Shown here one piece after another: positions 51,908 through 64,000 of a stretch of 64,000 nt of DNA. The notes below the pieces were generated by a model that was not told where the DNA came from, made no database searches, and saw nothing but the letters and a program-made list of their open reading frames with translations. This DNA is from Utricularia gibba (taxonomy: Eukaryota > Plantae > Magnoliophyta): assembly GCA_002189035.1 (NCBI GenBank), contig NEEC01000002.1:5580001-5644000 (forward strand). Reading direction: 5' to 3'. How positions within the stretch are numbered: position 1 is the first letter of the stretch; each line of letters opens with the position of its first letter. Position numbers and translations under genes: made by a program.

Positions 51908-54234
51908 ATGGGGAAAGCTTCAAGGAATGGTGCATGCAAATCAACATCTCATCAGCTCCTCAAGAACAGAGCAAGGACCCGTCTGGATGATCTGCAGGGC
52001 ATGTTCATGAATCTTCAATATGCGAGAAAGGAAAGTTGCAATGTTGATATGGCATTGCTTGAAGAGCAAGTGAACCTTTTGCTTCGAGAATGGCAAGCTG
52101 AACTCAACGAGCCTTCACCTGCTTCATCCCTGCCGCAGGTAGTTCTCTCAAATTTGCACCTTGTCGCTCTTTTGGTGTTTATGAATCAAAGTGTGTGTAA
52201 TCTGAAGTACAAGGCAATGCATCAGTTACGTAGGTGAAGCTTGAATTCAGTTGTCAAGGCTGATGTACGCTTACTGTGCAGGAAGGGAGTCTAGGATTTT
52301 CATCAGATGTATGCAGGTTGTTGCAGCTTTGTGAGGAAGAAGATGATGCAACAAGTGGATTAGTTCCTCCAAAACCAGATCCAGATGCTGAAAGGGTTGT
52401 CTGTAGGTATGAGCCCCTGGAGGTAAGTCGAATGCCTTTGAAATTATTTCGGGAAGTTTGATATCGTCTTTACTCAAGCTGTCTTTTGTTTTTGATTTTG
52501 TGTAAGTATTTCACAATATCCTGCATACAATCTGTTGGCATTGGAAATTGGTGTTCACACGTTGCTTAACTGTTTTAGTCATTTGAATCTCACGCATTGT
52601 TGTTGCTCTCAATCCTGCTCCTACTACTTCAATCATGCTTTACAGATTCATTTAGTTTGCTTGAGCATTCTTGAAAATATGCAAGCATGTGGGGGTGTAC
52701 ACAGTAATCTAATTTGACTTCCAAATCAGTGACAGACATTTAAAATCTATAATTCTTTGTTCAGATTTTCATTCCTTTTACATCTTGGAGTTTTGATATT
52801 ATTTGAATTTCTATTAGCACTTTCCATGTTCCAAATTTTGATTCTGCTTCGAAACTGCCAGTACATGACTATGGGGCATAAAGATTTGTTTTCTTTGTCT
52901 CCTGTAAATGAGAAAAAAAAAAAAATTTAGCGTGCTTGTGCTTTCATAGCTAGGGCAAAATTACCCCGCCAAACAACATGTGGTATGCACTTGATTGACT
53001 AGCACTAATACGAAACTACGTTTCCTGATATGAGCTTATGAATTGTACTTGGTTTGACCATGCTCAGCAACCTCGCCTCATCGTGAATATTTGGCAGGCT
53101 ATAAATGTGCCTGATTGTGCTCAGGAGATGGGCTTCAAGTTTTCTGATGACGTCAAAAGTACTAATGATGGATTTAGCAGCATGGGAGTCGGTGATCTGT
53201 CTTCAGAAACACTAGACTACAGCTCATTTGAATTTTATCCAGGGTACGGAACACACTGCATCCCTGGATTTGATGGCTCATTTTATGGTGTAGATGGAGG
53301 CATGCCTCATATGGGGTATCGAGATATTTGTCCTCCACCAGTTGCTTTTTTAGGGCCAAAATGCGCACTTTGGGATTGTCCAAGACCAGCATTATGCCTA
53401 GATTGGTCCCAGAAGTCAGATGATTATTGTAGCGTGTATCATGCACGGCTTGCTCTCAGTGAAGGGTATCCTGGTAGGCCTCCAATTATACGTCCTGGAG
53501 GCATTGGGTTAAAGGACAATCTGTTGTTAGTTGCTCTTGATGCCAAAGCACTGGGAAAGAATGTTGGTATACCAGAATGTGAAGGTGCTGCCACTGCAAA
53601 ATCTCCTTGGAACGCACCTGGTAAATGGATACTTGTTTTTAAATATGCGATGCTTTCCTTCACGAACTACGGACTTGATATATCTTTTGATTCACACAGA
53701 GCTCTTTGATATCACGGTGCTTGATCACGAAACAATCCGTGAGTGGTTGTTTTTTGACAAACCCCGTAGGGCATTTGAGAGTGGAAACCGGAAGCAAAGA
53801 TCACTCCCGGATTATAATGGAAGAGGTTGGCATGAATCCAGGAAGCAAGTGGTGAATGATTATGGGGGTTGAAGAGATCATATTACATGGATCCCCAGCC
53901 CCTGGAGAATTTCGAATGGCACCTGTATGAATATGAAATCAACAGATACGATTCTTGTGCTCTGTACAGACTGGAAGTGAAGCGTGCTGATGGGAAGAAA
54001 TCCCCAAAGGGGAAGCTATCCCACGACACCGTTGCTGATCTACAAAACCAGATGAGAAAACTGGCAGCCGAGTTCCCAAACGACAAGCCCCGCACTGGAA
54101 AAGGAAGGGCGAAAACCAGTGTGAGAAGTAGCCATGGAAGCATCAGCACATTGGCATTCAAAGGGTTTGATCATGTGAGTGGTACTCCTCCATATCTCGT
54201 TGACAAGATCAGTGAGTGCTACAACATAACGTGA
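51908..54234 (+). CDS. VOZ1: VOZ (vascular plant one-zinc-finger) transcription factor, with a 1-nt frameshift at ~53868 in this sequence
   Basis: Exons 51908-52138, 52282-52422, 53098-53620 and 53700-54234. Motifs [66 protein letters not shown] and [11 protein letters not shown] 5'UTR intron spans ~51415-51887. Confidence 0.92.
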
Positions 54235-55756
54235 TCCCTTTTCTGCCTCCCCATGAAATAAATATGTACTCGCGGCTCCAGTTTCTGAGCAAGTGATGAA
54301 ACATGTTATATCGGTCTGCATGGCCATAGCAGCAGCTCCTGGGTTTGTGTGGAGCTCGTTAACTTCCAGTTGTGAGCAACTGAGGATAGACTTGCTTGGC
54401 TCATTTATTGTATGTAAAATCGCATGCCCTCCTCCTGCATTGCGCAACCTGATGTATTTTTGGCTCCTCTTGACTTACTGTGATTGGTTTCTGACTCCAT
54501 GCATACAAAACGGAATGCATTACCAATATGGTCATTATGTTTTGAGTGTGAAGAATGAAAGTAAGTATGATCATTTTTGCAAAAGACTCAATAAAATTAG
54601 CTCCAATCTTTTCAAAAATTGGCCACTTTCTCAATTGTATATGATGAAAGTGGTCAATATGTGTACTTCATTACAAAAATGGTCATCTTTTATCTTATTT
54701 TTAAAAAAACATGCATACTCTTGAATTTGAAAGCCTTATGATGCTCTTTGTAAATTTAATTTCGTCAATGCTAAATATCTATACCATCAATCAAAAAGAT
54801 TGCAATATTCCAAGTGAAAGTCAATGGAATGATTATTTTTTTTTTTTAAAAAAAACATTTCATAGCCACTTTTATATCTCAAATGTATATTATTTTTCAT
54901 ATATTACTATTTAGTAAGTAAAACATTCGAAATTAGATAGAGTAGGTGATGTGATTGGACGTCATTGATCCACCAAACTTCGTAAGTTTTGCAAAATAAG
55001 TTCCTGTCGATTACTATTTATCTCTATTGTTTAGATGATTTGGTATAATTTATTTCAATTGTTTCAACACAATTGGTCTCCATTATTTTATAAATTGATA
55101 CAATTAGTTTCTAATAATTTCATAAATACTATTCACTTAAATAATTTGACATAAGTGATTCTCGTTCTTTAAAAGAATTCGCATAATTAGTCCTTATTTA
55201 TTTACACATTTGGTAAATTAGTCCTCAACAAATAATGGGAACTATTTATACTTGAGTTGTAAATAATGAGGGTTGATTACGTATATTGGTTAAACATCGA
55301 GGACCACAAGTGTTAATAATGTATGATTTTGGGGACCTATTATGCTAATTATATTAAATTATGAGACTAATTTTAAAGTACATTTGATACATAAATAAAT
55401 TATATTAGGAATAAGACAAAGTACATAAAAAATATATATAATAGGATAATTGTATACCAATCTTTTTACTTTCATTATTTTATCTCATATTTATGAGATA
55501 AATTATCAAGATTATAATTTATACTAATTATAAAACATCATTTTTTTTTAAATCATGGAGATCCCTTGTATCAATGGAGACATATTATGTCATTTATGAT
55601 AAAATGATAAAGCTTTGGGGTTTTTTTATGCAATTTTCTCGTGTTAAAATAACTGATTTTCCATGGAATTAAACTAATTTTTTAATATCAGATTTTTATT
55701 TCAATCAACGATATGAATATAGTGTAATAATCAAATAGATACACGGGTTTTCGAAT

Positions 55757-55825
55757 TGGGCTGAATAAAAGTGGGCTCAGCGGGCATTTCAAGAGTAATT
55801 GGGCTGGGTTCCGCTATTTTGGGCT
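55757..55825 (+). promoter_or_regulatory. Site II (TGGGCY) cluster upstream of ANU10
   Basis: Four TGGGCT motifs within ~70 bp, just upstream of the ATG. Confidence 0.5.
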
Positions 55826-55883
55826 TCAAACATAGCCCCGGTTCTTGTTCACCTGCTGCACTTCCAAGCTTGTGTTTCAGAAA

Positions 55884-58800
55884 ATGGCCGTCGCGAACGC
55901 TTGCTATCCGAGGGATCTAGGTACAGTTTCAATGCCATCGAGCGCTTTGGGTTCTCCGTCAGCCGTCTCTTTTGCCTGCTTTTTGACACCTGGGCAATCG
56001 CCCCCGACGCTCCGCCCCATATCTGTGAAAAGCTCCCGGTTTCTAGCGTCAGCCTCTTCTAACCCGCCGCCGTTGCCGGCCATTTCCGACCAAGCTGTTC
56101 TAGATGCTGTTTCCAAGATGGATGATTCAGAAAATACTCTTCCGGCAATAAGGGTATTCGAAAACGACTTAGCTCGTCTGACCCTCGTCGGCGCAGTTGA
56201 CTTCCAACAAGCCGTAACCGCTGCTGCAGCTGACGGAGGAGAAGCCGCTGAGGAGCATTTGTTTGCGGGGATGGAGGCAATGGTTGTGGAGACAGTTTAC
56301 CCCGGATCCGCTGATGAACATAGCACGGTTTCCACACGATTGGTGAGAAAGTTTTGTGTTTCTCTTATGCGTTTCTGAGTATTTTCCTACGTCGGAATAA
56401 GAATGTGAAACCTGTAATATGTCTTCACAGTTTTTACCCGCTTGGAAGGTTAAAGAGAAAGCAGGCAAGCTAAAAAAATCTCTGACCAAGGACATACTGA
56501 ATGGAACCTCCTCAAGAAATATACTTGCAATGACATTCAGACAAGTGGTCATGGAGAGGCTTTGGAGTCTTGAGCTTGAAATTTTTAGTCCTGGCACTGA
56601 AAGGAACATGAACGATCTTGGAAATTCAAGGGAGGTGAGGCTGTTGCATAATAATTGTTCCCTTCTTAAATCTGCATATTTTCGCTGTTGTAATATCATA
56701 TAATGTTTCTGGCGTGCAGGTGACAAGTTATCTTTCGTTTCCTATCAGCAGGTATCTATAGTGTTGATGCTTACAACGTCAGATGAGAAGCTGCTTTCTG
56801 AAATTGCGGAAGTTGTTTGCAATTATGCTCTTGAAACAACCAAAAGCCGTGATCTTCAGGAATCCATGTCCCGAAAGTTAAATGGGTTTCTGCTCACTTG
56901 GTTTAATAAACCTAAAGGGATTTTTTCCAATGGCTCGTCTGTTTGTTTGCATGGCTTTCTCGAGAATGAAATTCTAGCTAGTACTGATGCGTTGCTAGAA
57001 AAGTTTAATTTAGAGAGAGGTAGTATTAAGTTCCAAGGATCAAAATGGAATAATATTTGGTGGAGTTCTCCTGCATTCTCAGCATTGGAAAGACTCGGTG
57101 GTCCTGAATTTTGTTCTTGGATTAGTCAGTGTGTGCCATCGTATATGCTGGGTATTGATGATAAGAATTTCAATGATTTGAAACTTGGTGGATGGAACAA
57201 ATCAGTTGGAAGCAGATGGGAGGCTTTTCTTGTGCATTCCCAAATGGTAATTTTTTTCACCTTGGTTTAGCAACTGCTAATTCGTATGCATCTTTGTAGA
57301 AGAATTGAAACTTCTCATTGTTTATGACCAAAATACTCTAGTCCGCGAACTGCAATGGCTTGAGTCTGAAACTCTTCAAAATAAATTTCCCGTAGTTCTG
57401 TTCACATTTTATGTTGGAGTGTTGTTTATTCTATCTGGGTAAAGGTTTAGTTTGTCATCTTTATAAAGCTTTTGTTAAGATTTCTCTCTAGTTCGATTGT
57501 GCATGAATGATTGTAGTACTATCTTTAGCCTCTGATAAACATTCTGCAGGCCTGTTTGGCTGACGTCCTGGATATGTATTATGAGGATGTCTTCACGCTT
57601 CCTAATAAGAAGCTATCATGTCATGCTGTTGCAAAATCTCCCAGCAAGGCACTGAGTAAGGTAATTTTTTTATTTATATGCGACCGCTAAGAATTGTTAG
57701 GGTTGCATTCGTGGATATGCATGATACTCCTTATCTTTATTTTAGTGAAATATAGATTTTCTTATGATTTGCATAATTCTTTATCCTGCAACGTTCATGG
57801 ACAATATTATAATGTCGTTGTGTCATATTGTTTCTAAATACATCATTTTTATCATTTATTTCAGGGAAATTTTTTATTGAACGCCTTTTCCGCAGTTAGT
57901 GTAGCTGCAATTTTTATGGTATCTATCAATGTTCTGAAGAAAATTTATTTACCGCATCTACCCATAAAAACTAGCTATGTTCAAAAGAACTCAGAAAAAC
58001 CTGTTGTGAGCTCTGCTACACTTTGTTCTGTCACCTCCTCTCAGGTATGTCAGTATCAGTCGTACTGGATTTTTTTTTTTTTGCATGGAAAAATATGTTG
58101 ATGGAATCTGGGGAAAATAATGCACTCCATTTTCCTTCATTGGGCGAATGTGGATGCTTATTGTCTTTCAGCAAAACCCATGCCTCAAAAAATTAAAATT
58201 TCATATCCTATGGTTTATGTCCATCACATTCATTGTTGTGTGGCATTTCCATCCCTAATGCAGTAGTCTTTTGAGCATGTGAGATATGTTATATTTCATC
58301 AGAGATTTTTCCCAAAAAATTTGCTGTATAATGTATCACAGACATCCCTCTTACTCGAGTTATCAGTTTTTGTTTTTACAATTCATGAATGCTATTAATT
58401 TTCTTTCAGTCTTTAGATTGGATTCGTTAGTAAAAGTGCATTTGACATCTTTTGGTTTATCCTTATGCAGTTGGAAGAATACTGTATGCGGATAATTTCA
58501 AGAATTAAAGATCACTATGGTTGGCCTGGAGAGGCACAATCACATCCACAGGGTGTTGCTTGGATTGGAGAACTTCCGGCATTCCTCAGAACGATGGATG
58601 ATACCATGATCAATATCGTCAGCCCTTCCTCCAAGTCAACACCAGTTGTAGAAGGTGATGAAGAGAGGAAGGGGTTAGAAAGCATTCTTACTTATCAGGT
58701 GATATTCTGATTAATGCTCCTCTTTAACTGCACAACTTGACATTTTTATTGAACGTTCTTTCTGTTTATCTTATTCTAAGGTGTCAAATCGTGTTAGAAC

Positions 58801-59517
58801 TAACAACTTTCAAATGGTATGCGTGTTGGGAACTTCCAAATATTCCAAATGCAGAGCCTTGATTTGATATTTCTTGTTTCAGTTCCAGATATTTATGCAT
58901 CTTTTATGGCTTCTTGTCTGATGCGTGCCTCTCCAATTGGTGTTAAAGCTGTGGACTAGACATGTTTTATATTTTAGTGGAATTAAACCCGGTTTGTGTT
59001 ATGTTGAAGCTGTAACGGTGCACTTTAAACGTCCTTGCACTTATATATGCATAGTTCTAACATGTTACGTTTTAAATAACTAATTGGGATGCTGAAAACC
59101 CAAGAATCGCATTGCTGTTGTATCCCAATCGATGCAACGCCATGAAAAATGGTAACACTTGCCACCTGATGATATATTTTTTTCTCTCTATACGCAGCTA
59201 GTGTTGTCAGGCGATGGGACTGTCATAGGATTTCAGCCTACCAACAGGGCCGCTGTTAATAACTGGGCTGCAAACCCACTTGCCAAAGATCTGTATCGTG
59301 GCAAGCACCTGTCCCCAGGTACACAAATAGCCAGTGTGATTCATCATTCAGGGCTCTCATACATCCAACATGGCTAACACAATCATTTCCAGGGTTGCTG
59401 GAACCACGGCTTAAGCTAGCTCGTCCGAATGGGGTGGTAGTGTTGGAGCTGCTGATGTCGATGAATCCCAACTCCTACTTCGCCTTGGTTAGGAGCGTCG
59501 ATATAAGTAGAGAATGA
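55884..59517 (+). CDS. ANU10: ANGULATA10-like plastid protein
   Basis: Exons 55884-56342, 56431-56634, 56752-57246, 57550-57660, 57865-58044, 58471-58698, 59198-59318 and 59393-59517 are all in phase. Ser-rich transit peptide; QAVTAAAADGG, SRNILAMTFRQVV, GFQPTNRAAVNNWAANPLA and VVVLELLMS match my recollection of At1g28530. Confidence 0.85.
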
Positions 59518-60056
59518 TAGATTTAGGCACTTCATTTGGTAGTAGGAGAAAGCCAGCGTTGTGTCTGAAAGCCTGTACCGAAACAATGTCTTTTTCAAGG
59601 GAGCTTGAAAGCTACAACACTTGCAAACGTACAGACGTGTTGTGGCGCCCATGTGAGGTAATGGAGTTGCCCGCCGGGCCGTGGTAGGTAGGTAGAGACC
59701 CCCTAAATCTCTTAAAAGCAGGTCGGCCCCGGTGTCAGCGTCAGCCAGATCCTCCATTTGCTAGACATGAATGCTTATTGCGTCCCTTGGTGTAATCTGT
59801 TTGTATGTGGAAAACAAGGCCCATCAAATTAGCTCAGAGACATGGTTGCAGTGGGTAAAACAAGGATTAGGTAGCCGCATCACGGAGGAGCCTCCGCCGT
59901 GGGATTTAGAACTCTGCCGGGGGGGTTGCATTAACTCTGGGTGCCATTTTCTCAACAACTCCTACCACAGGAGAGCGGGCCCGGTCTCCACCGGCATGAA
60001 TATGTCTGCCGGATGCGTCCACAGAAAACAAGGCTCTCTCCTCCTCCGGACGCAGC

Positions 60057-60860
60057 ATGTCTCCCAAGGTATTCCTCCATGGGGCTCTCGGGTTGCTTAT
60101 GCTCCACATTGTGTCGCCGCCCACGGCGGAATGCCGGAGCCTGCGCACGAATATGACGGCGCTGTTCGTGTTCGGGGACTCCACCGTCGACTCTGGCAAC
60201 AATAACTTCCTCCTCACCACCTCGAGGAGCAACTACCCTCCCTACGGAAAAGATTTCCCCGGAAAAGTTGCCTCCGGAAGGTTCACCAACGGCAAACTCG
60301 TCACTGATTACATCGGTCAGTGGAAGCATAACCACTCTGATTTAATGCGATTGCACTGACAAACAATGTGCTTGGTGACACGTGTTGCAGCTTCATACTT
60401 TGGGATCAAGGAGCTGATTCCTCCCTACTTGGACTCCAGCCTCACCGTGGATGACCTCAAAACTGGAGTGTGCTTTGCCTCTGCCAGTACGGGCTTCGAT
60501 CCCCTGACAGCAACCATCTCGGTAACTATCTTATGTTCATTGATCGGCTTTTCATACCATGTTTTGTGAATCGCGGTCCGCAGAGTGTGCTTTCCATGGA
60601 TGCGCAACTGGGCTACTTCAAGGACTATAAGTCGAGAATGGAGGGTTACATTGGAAAGGCCAAGACTGAGAGGCTGCTGAGGAGATCTTCTGCTGTGATC
60701 AGCGCAGGATCAAATGACTTCATTGCCAACTTCTTCCCGTTGCCGATACGAAACGCAACTTACACCCTTGATGCTTACCAGAAGTTCATTCTTCAGCAGG
60801 AGGAGAACCTCATCCGGGTAAAGCCACCCAATACGCTTTCTCTATGGATGGGAAAAAAAT

Positions 60861-60903
<43 letters not shown>

Positions 60904-61494
60904 AGGGGCTTTTGAAGTTGGGGGTTCGGAACATCCTTGTGGTCGGAATGCCGCCGTTCGGGTGTGTGCCGGCAGTGATCACCGTTGAGTCGGGGTTCAC
61001 TTCGACTCAGAGAACTTGCCTGGAGTGGATATCGAACGTTGCAAGAGACTACTCTCGCCAACTCCAAGCTAAAGTGGCGTCGTTTCGAGGCTACACAACC
61101 AACGTCTTGTACCTCGACATTTTTAATCCGGTGATGGAGATCATCAAACGGCCTCACCTCTACGGTAACATCTCTTTGGGAAAACCTTTTTAACTACTGT
61201 AAATAAATTGCATGCTTCCTTGGAGTAGACTCTTACCATTATAGCTTTTAGATTTTTGCATCAAGGCCTTCGTTCTGTTATGCTCCTCCAGGTTTCAACG
61301 TCGTAAACCGCGGTTGCTGTGGCGGGGAAGTCGCCGGAATCTCATTGCCCTGTAGTTTCGGAGCCCCATCGTGCAGCGATCCCTCCAAGTACGTGTTTTG
61401 GGACAGCGTACACCCGACTCAGACTGCCTATTACAAGGTCTTTCAGTCTCTGATTCCCGCTCTGGATCGTTTCATTTCGAAGTTGGTGATTTAG
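60057..61494 (+). CDS. GDSL esterase/lipase (At5g45950/At5g45960-like), 361 aa
   Basis: Exons 60057-60315, 60391-60521, 60584-60817, 60906-61164 and 61292-61494 total 1086 nt. FGDSTVDSGNN, AGSND and FWDSVHP are intact. Intron 3 contains a ~40-nt poly(T). Confidence 0.93.
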
Positions 61495-62539
61495 CAACCA
61501 TACTGGCAAGGAAATGGCTGTTTTTCCTGACAGCCAAGCCAAGCTGACCACACACATGGGAGTCAGCATCCCACTTCTCTGCCACTTCCCTGAGATTCTT
61601 GTTGCTGCGCAAGCCATATTTTTAGTTGTTGCACATTAGTTTATTCAAGTTCTGTTCCGTTGTATCCATTTGGACAAGTTTTTTCTGAGAATCTAAGTAC
61701 CATCTGCCTTCACTCTGTTTCATTTGCTCTGTTCATACTTTATCAGTGCACCATCTTCCAGACACTCTGTTGTTGGGTAAAATCTTGCCTAGCTGAGTAT
61801 TGCAGTGAGTTACGATCAGAACAGAAACTGCAAATTTCAACAACAGGGAAGTTAACAAGCTCAAGAAGTTGAAAGTAAAACCAAGATAAATTGCAGCAGA
61901 CTTCTAGGGTGGGAGTGTCTCCACACGTGAAGCTTCTCCTTGACCTACGGCCATTTAGTTCTCATTTCACTCAAGGGTGATTGACTGCTTATTCTCTTCA
62001 TTCCCCAAGATCCAACAAGTAGCAAAAAGAGCAAAAGTTTGTACTGAGAAAAGAAATAGGTTTGAAAAGGAGCGCCAAAGTTGTAAGAAAAACAGATCAA
62101 CTTACAGAAACACTACCCAAGAATGGGGTTCCTGGAAACACACGACTCATGTAGCAACAAATAAAAGTAAAAGCAAATATAGCGCTGTTCATAGTCAAGA
62201 GCAACTGCGAAGAAATGCAAAAATCAAAGCAAAATACGTGAGACATTTTTTAGTTCTTCCTAAATCAAATAATTGTTCTGAAAGGTGAGAAAGATGAGTG
62301 ATTGTCTTCACTTTATAACTTAATTTGACGCAAAAACAATTGAAATTCTTCCCCAGCGTCTCGTTCCATCAAACATCGTCTGTTGGTAGGATAATGTTAC
62401 ATCCAATACAAAAGAAGTTCATATGGCTTTAGAACAAATGAGCTTACATTTGCTGATTAATTAGAACGAATCAAAGAATGTATGAGACAAAGGCTCTTCA
62501 CTTGAGAGCTCAAAAAAGAAAAAAATGGATTTCAGTTCC

Positions 62540-63842
62540 TCAAGAGAAGGCAGTTGGTAGGGCTGTGCAGTTGAGAGCCGCCAGCGTTGGTTGAATGAGG
62601 CTTTGTTCGATCCGGACCGCGATCTCCTGCGTAAAGTGTATGCCGTCCCAAAACATATGATGCTCGGGATTCGAGCACGCGGGCACCCCCGCAGTCCCAC
62701 AGAACCTGTTGCTGCTATAGTTGTATCTGCCTCCGATCCCGCAACAAGTTTGCAGGGCAGTGTCCGCATGGCCTTCTGCAATCAGTCGCAAGTGAATATG
62801 TTAATTCTTTCCAATAAGAATCTCTTTCTGTAATAGTTGTAATAAGGGCTCATGGACTTGCCTTGATTCAGTCTGTCGAGAACTTGTATGAAGCCCTCGT
62901 CGAAGGCCCCGTAGATGAGGGTGACGTTGGGGAACTCCTGGCCCAACCTGTTGATGGCTTGGCGCAGATAGTTGTTTTTCAAAGTGATCAGCCTGTTCAC
63001 GCTGCTGAGGCATCCCAAACGATCATACGCCGTGGGATCGTTGGAGGGCAGAGCGTTCAGGATGTACGGGAAGCATCCAAGGGGAGCGCTGCCCGGAATG
63101 ACGATGAGCCTGGCACCCATTCTGATGAGCTCCTGCAAGTCAGGCGGTGGTGTTAGCATCAACAAATGCAACTTGCAGGCATGATTCGAGCAAAGAAAAT
63201 GGCTTTATGTACCCTTGTGGTCTTGATTTGTTCCCTTGTGATGGGGCCGATGAAAGACTGCGCTTCCTGAAGGGTCCTCCCTTCCATGAGGGCGTACCCG
63301 ATGTCGTTCGCTTCGAGGTCTCCCAGCAGCACCAGCGAGTTGGCTAGTCGATCCGCGATGCACTCAGATGAAGATCCGCAGACAGATTGCAGATGGGTTC
63401 TGAACCATTCGAGTTGGGCGTCGAGGGAAACTGCGTAAGGTGGAATGGTGATGCCTCTCCGGGAGAAGAAGCCGGGATCCATCACCGGACTTCTGGCAAC
63501 CGAAAAGATGACGCCGTTGCTGGAGTTGGACCTCTCCGATAGGTACGGTACGACTTCCGGGAATCCGAAGTCGAAGGCTGCGAAGTCGAAATCTACGAGA
63601 CCATCGGACCACCGCCCGTTGGGGCTGCCTGGATATGTGCGGCCGTAGGGCGGACGTGTGGCCGGAAGCGATGGTCCCCAGGGTTGCACCAGGACGGAGT
63701 TTCCGACGTCAGTGGCGCCGTCGCCGAAATGGTAAAGATAGGGAAATGGGCACACGGGATTACGATTACTCTGTGAGGAGACAAGACCAGAAACCATAGC
63801 AATAACAGCACCCAGGAGCAAGAGCCGAGACATGGAACCCAT
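62540..63842 (-). CDS. GDSL-like protein (At1g28570/At5g45910/acetylajmalan-esterase clade) lacking the catalytic Ser, 378 aa
   Basis: Exons 63842-63213, 63132-62862 and 62775-62540 total 1137 nt in frame, using a GC-AG second intron. Signal peptide, FGDGATDVGN, GRWSDG, EANDI, CCGIGG and FWDGIH. Confidence 0.9.
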
Positions 63843-63878
63843 GTTTTGTTGTTGTTGTTGTTCTTCTTCTTCTTCTTC
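63843..63878. repeat. Compound microsatellite (TTG)n(TTC)n in the 5' UTR of the GDSL-like gene
   Basis: GTTTTGTTGTTGTTGTTGTTCTTCTTCTTCTTCTTC immediately upstream of the ATG. Confidence 0.85.
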
Positions 63879-64000
63879 AAGCTGAATGATCCACTGGCTG
63901 CCCGGCGTCTGTGAATTTATAGGAATCTTAGGAATCTGGGAACGGAAAGCGTCCACTTCTTGACGTGTTGCTGAATTCAAAGTACGACATGTCCCTGGCC

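Noticed and set aside
59416-60335. Antisense ORFs overlapping ANU10 and the GDSL 5' region
   Set aside because: Shadow ORFs of GC-rich sequence with no recognisable motif or convincing splice context.
63843-63980. N-terminal EEEEEQQQQQ extension of the GDSL-like ORF
   Set aside because: It is the translated 5'-UTR microsatellite; the signal peptide starts at Met 63842 and a TATA-like TATAAAT lies at ~63915-63921, within the extension.
1-64000. CRISPR arrays, rRNA genes, organellar insertions
   Set aside because: None seen. The tandem repeats have no unique spacers, and no rRNA, plastid or mitochondrial sequence was recognised.

Overview
This is eudicot nuclear DNA with AT-rich introns and intergenic regions; the species cannot be identified from the sequence. 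The first ~14 kb is a nest of decayed transposons: two hAT fragments, a PIF/Harbinger Myb/SANT remnant, and a ~10.5-kb Mutator-like element (MULE) bounded by ~280-bp inverted repeats and interrupted by three LTR-like insertions. Inside that MULE is a phase-consistent seven-exon pseudogene joining a Transposase_28 (PF04195-like) domain to an FCP1/NIF HAD-phosphatase-like domain. This is the best candidate for an undescribed system. The rest of the window holds ten host protein genes: three GDSL lipases from different clades, an ankyrin-PGG protein, an RNI-like LRR protein, a secreted Gly-rich protein, TMKL1, a pectate lyase, VOZ and ANU10. It also holds an intron-containing tRNA-Met(e), a second MULE, MITEs and Copia/LTR remnants. 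Other notable points: a GDSL that lacks its catalytic Ser, has lost two introns and uses a GC-AG intron; a 1-nt frameshift in VOZ; and a hairpin-repeat array inside the MULE. Family and orthologue names come from remembered motifs, not database searches.
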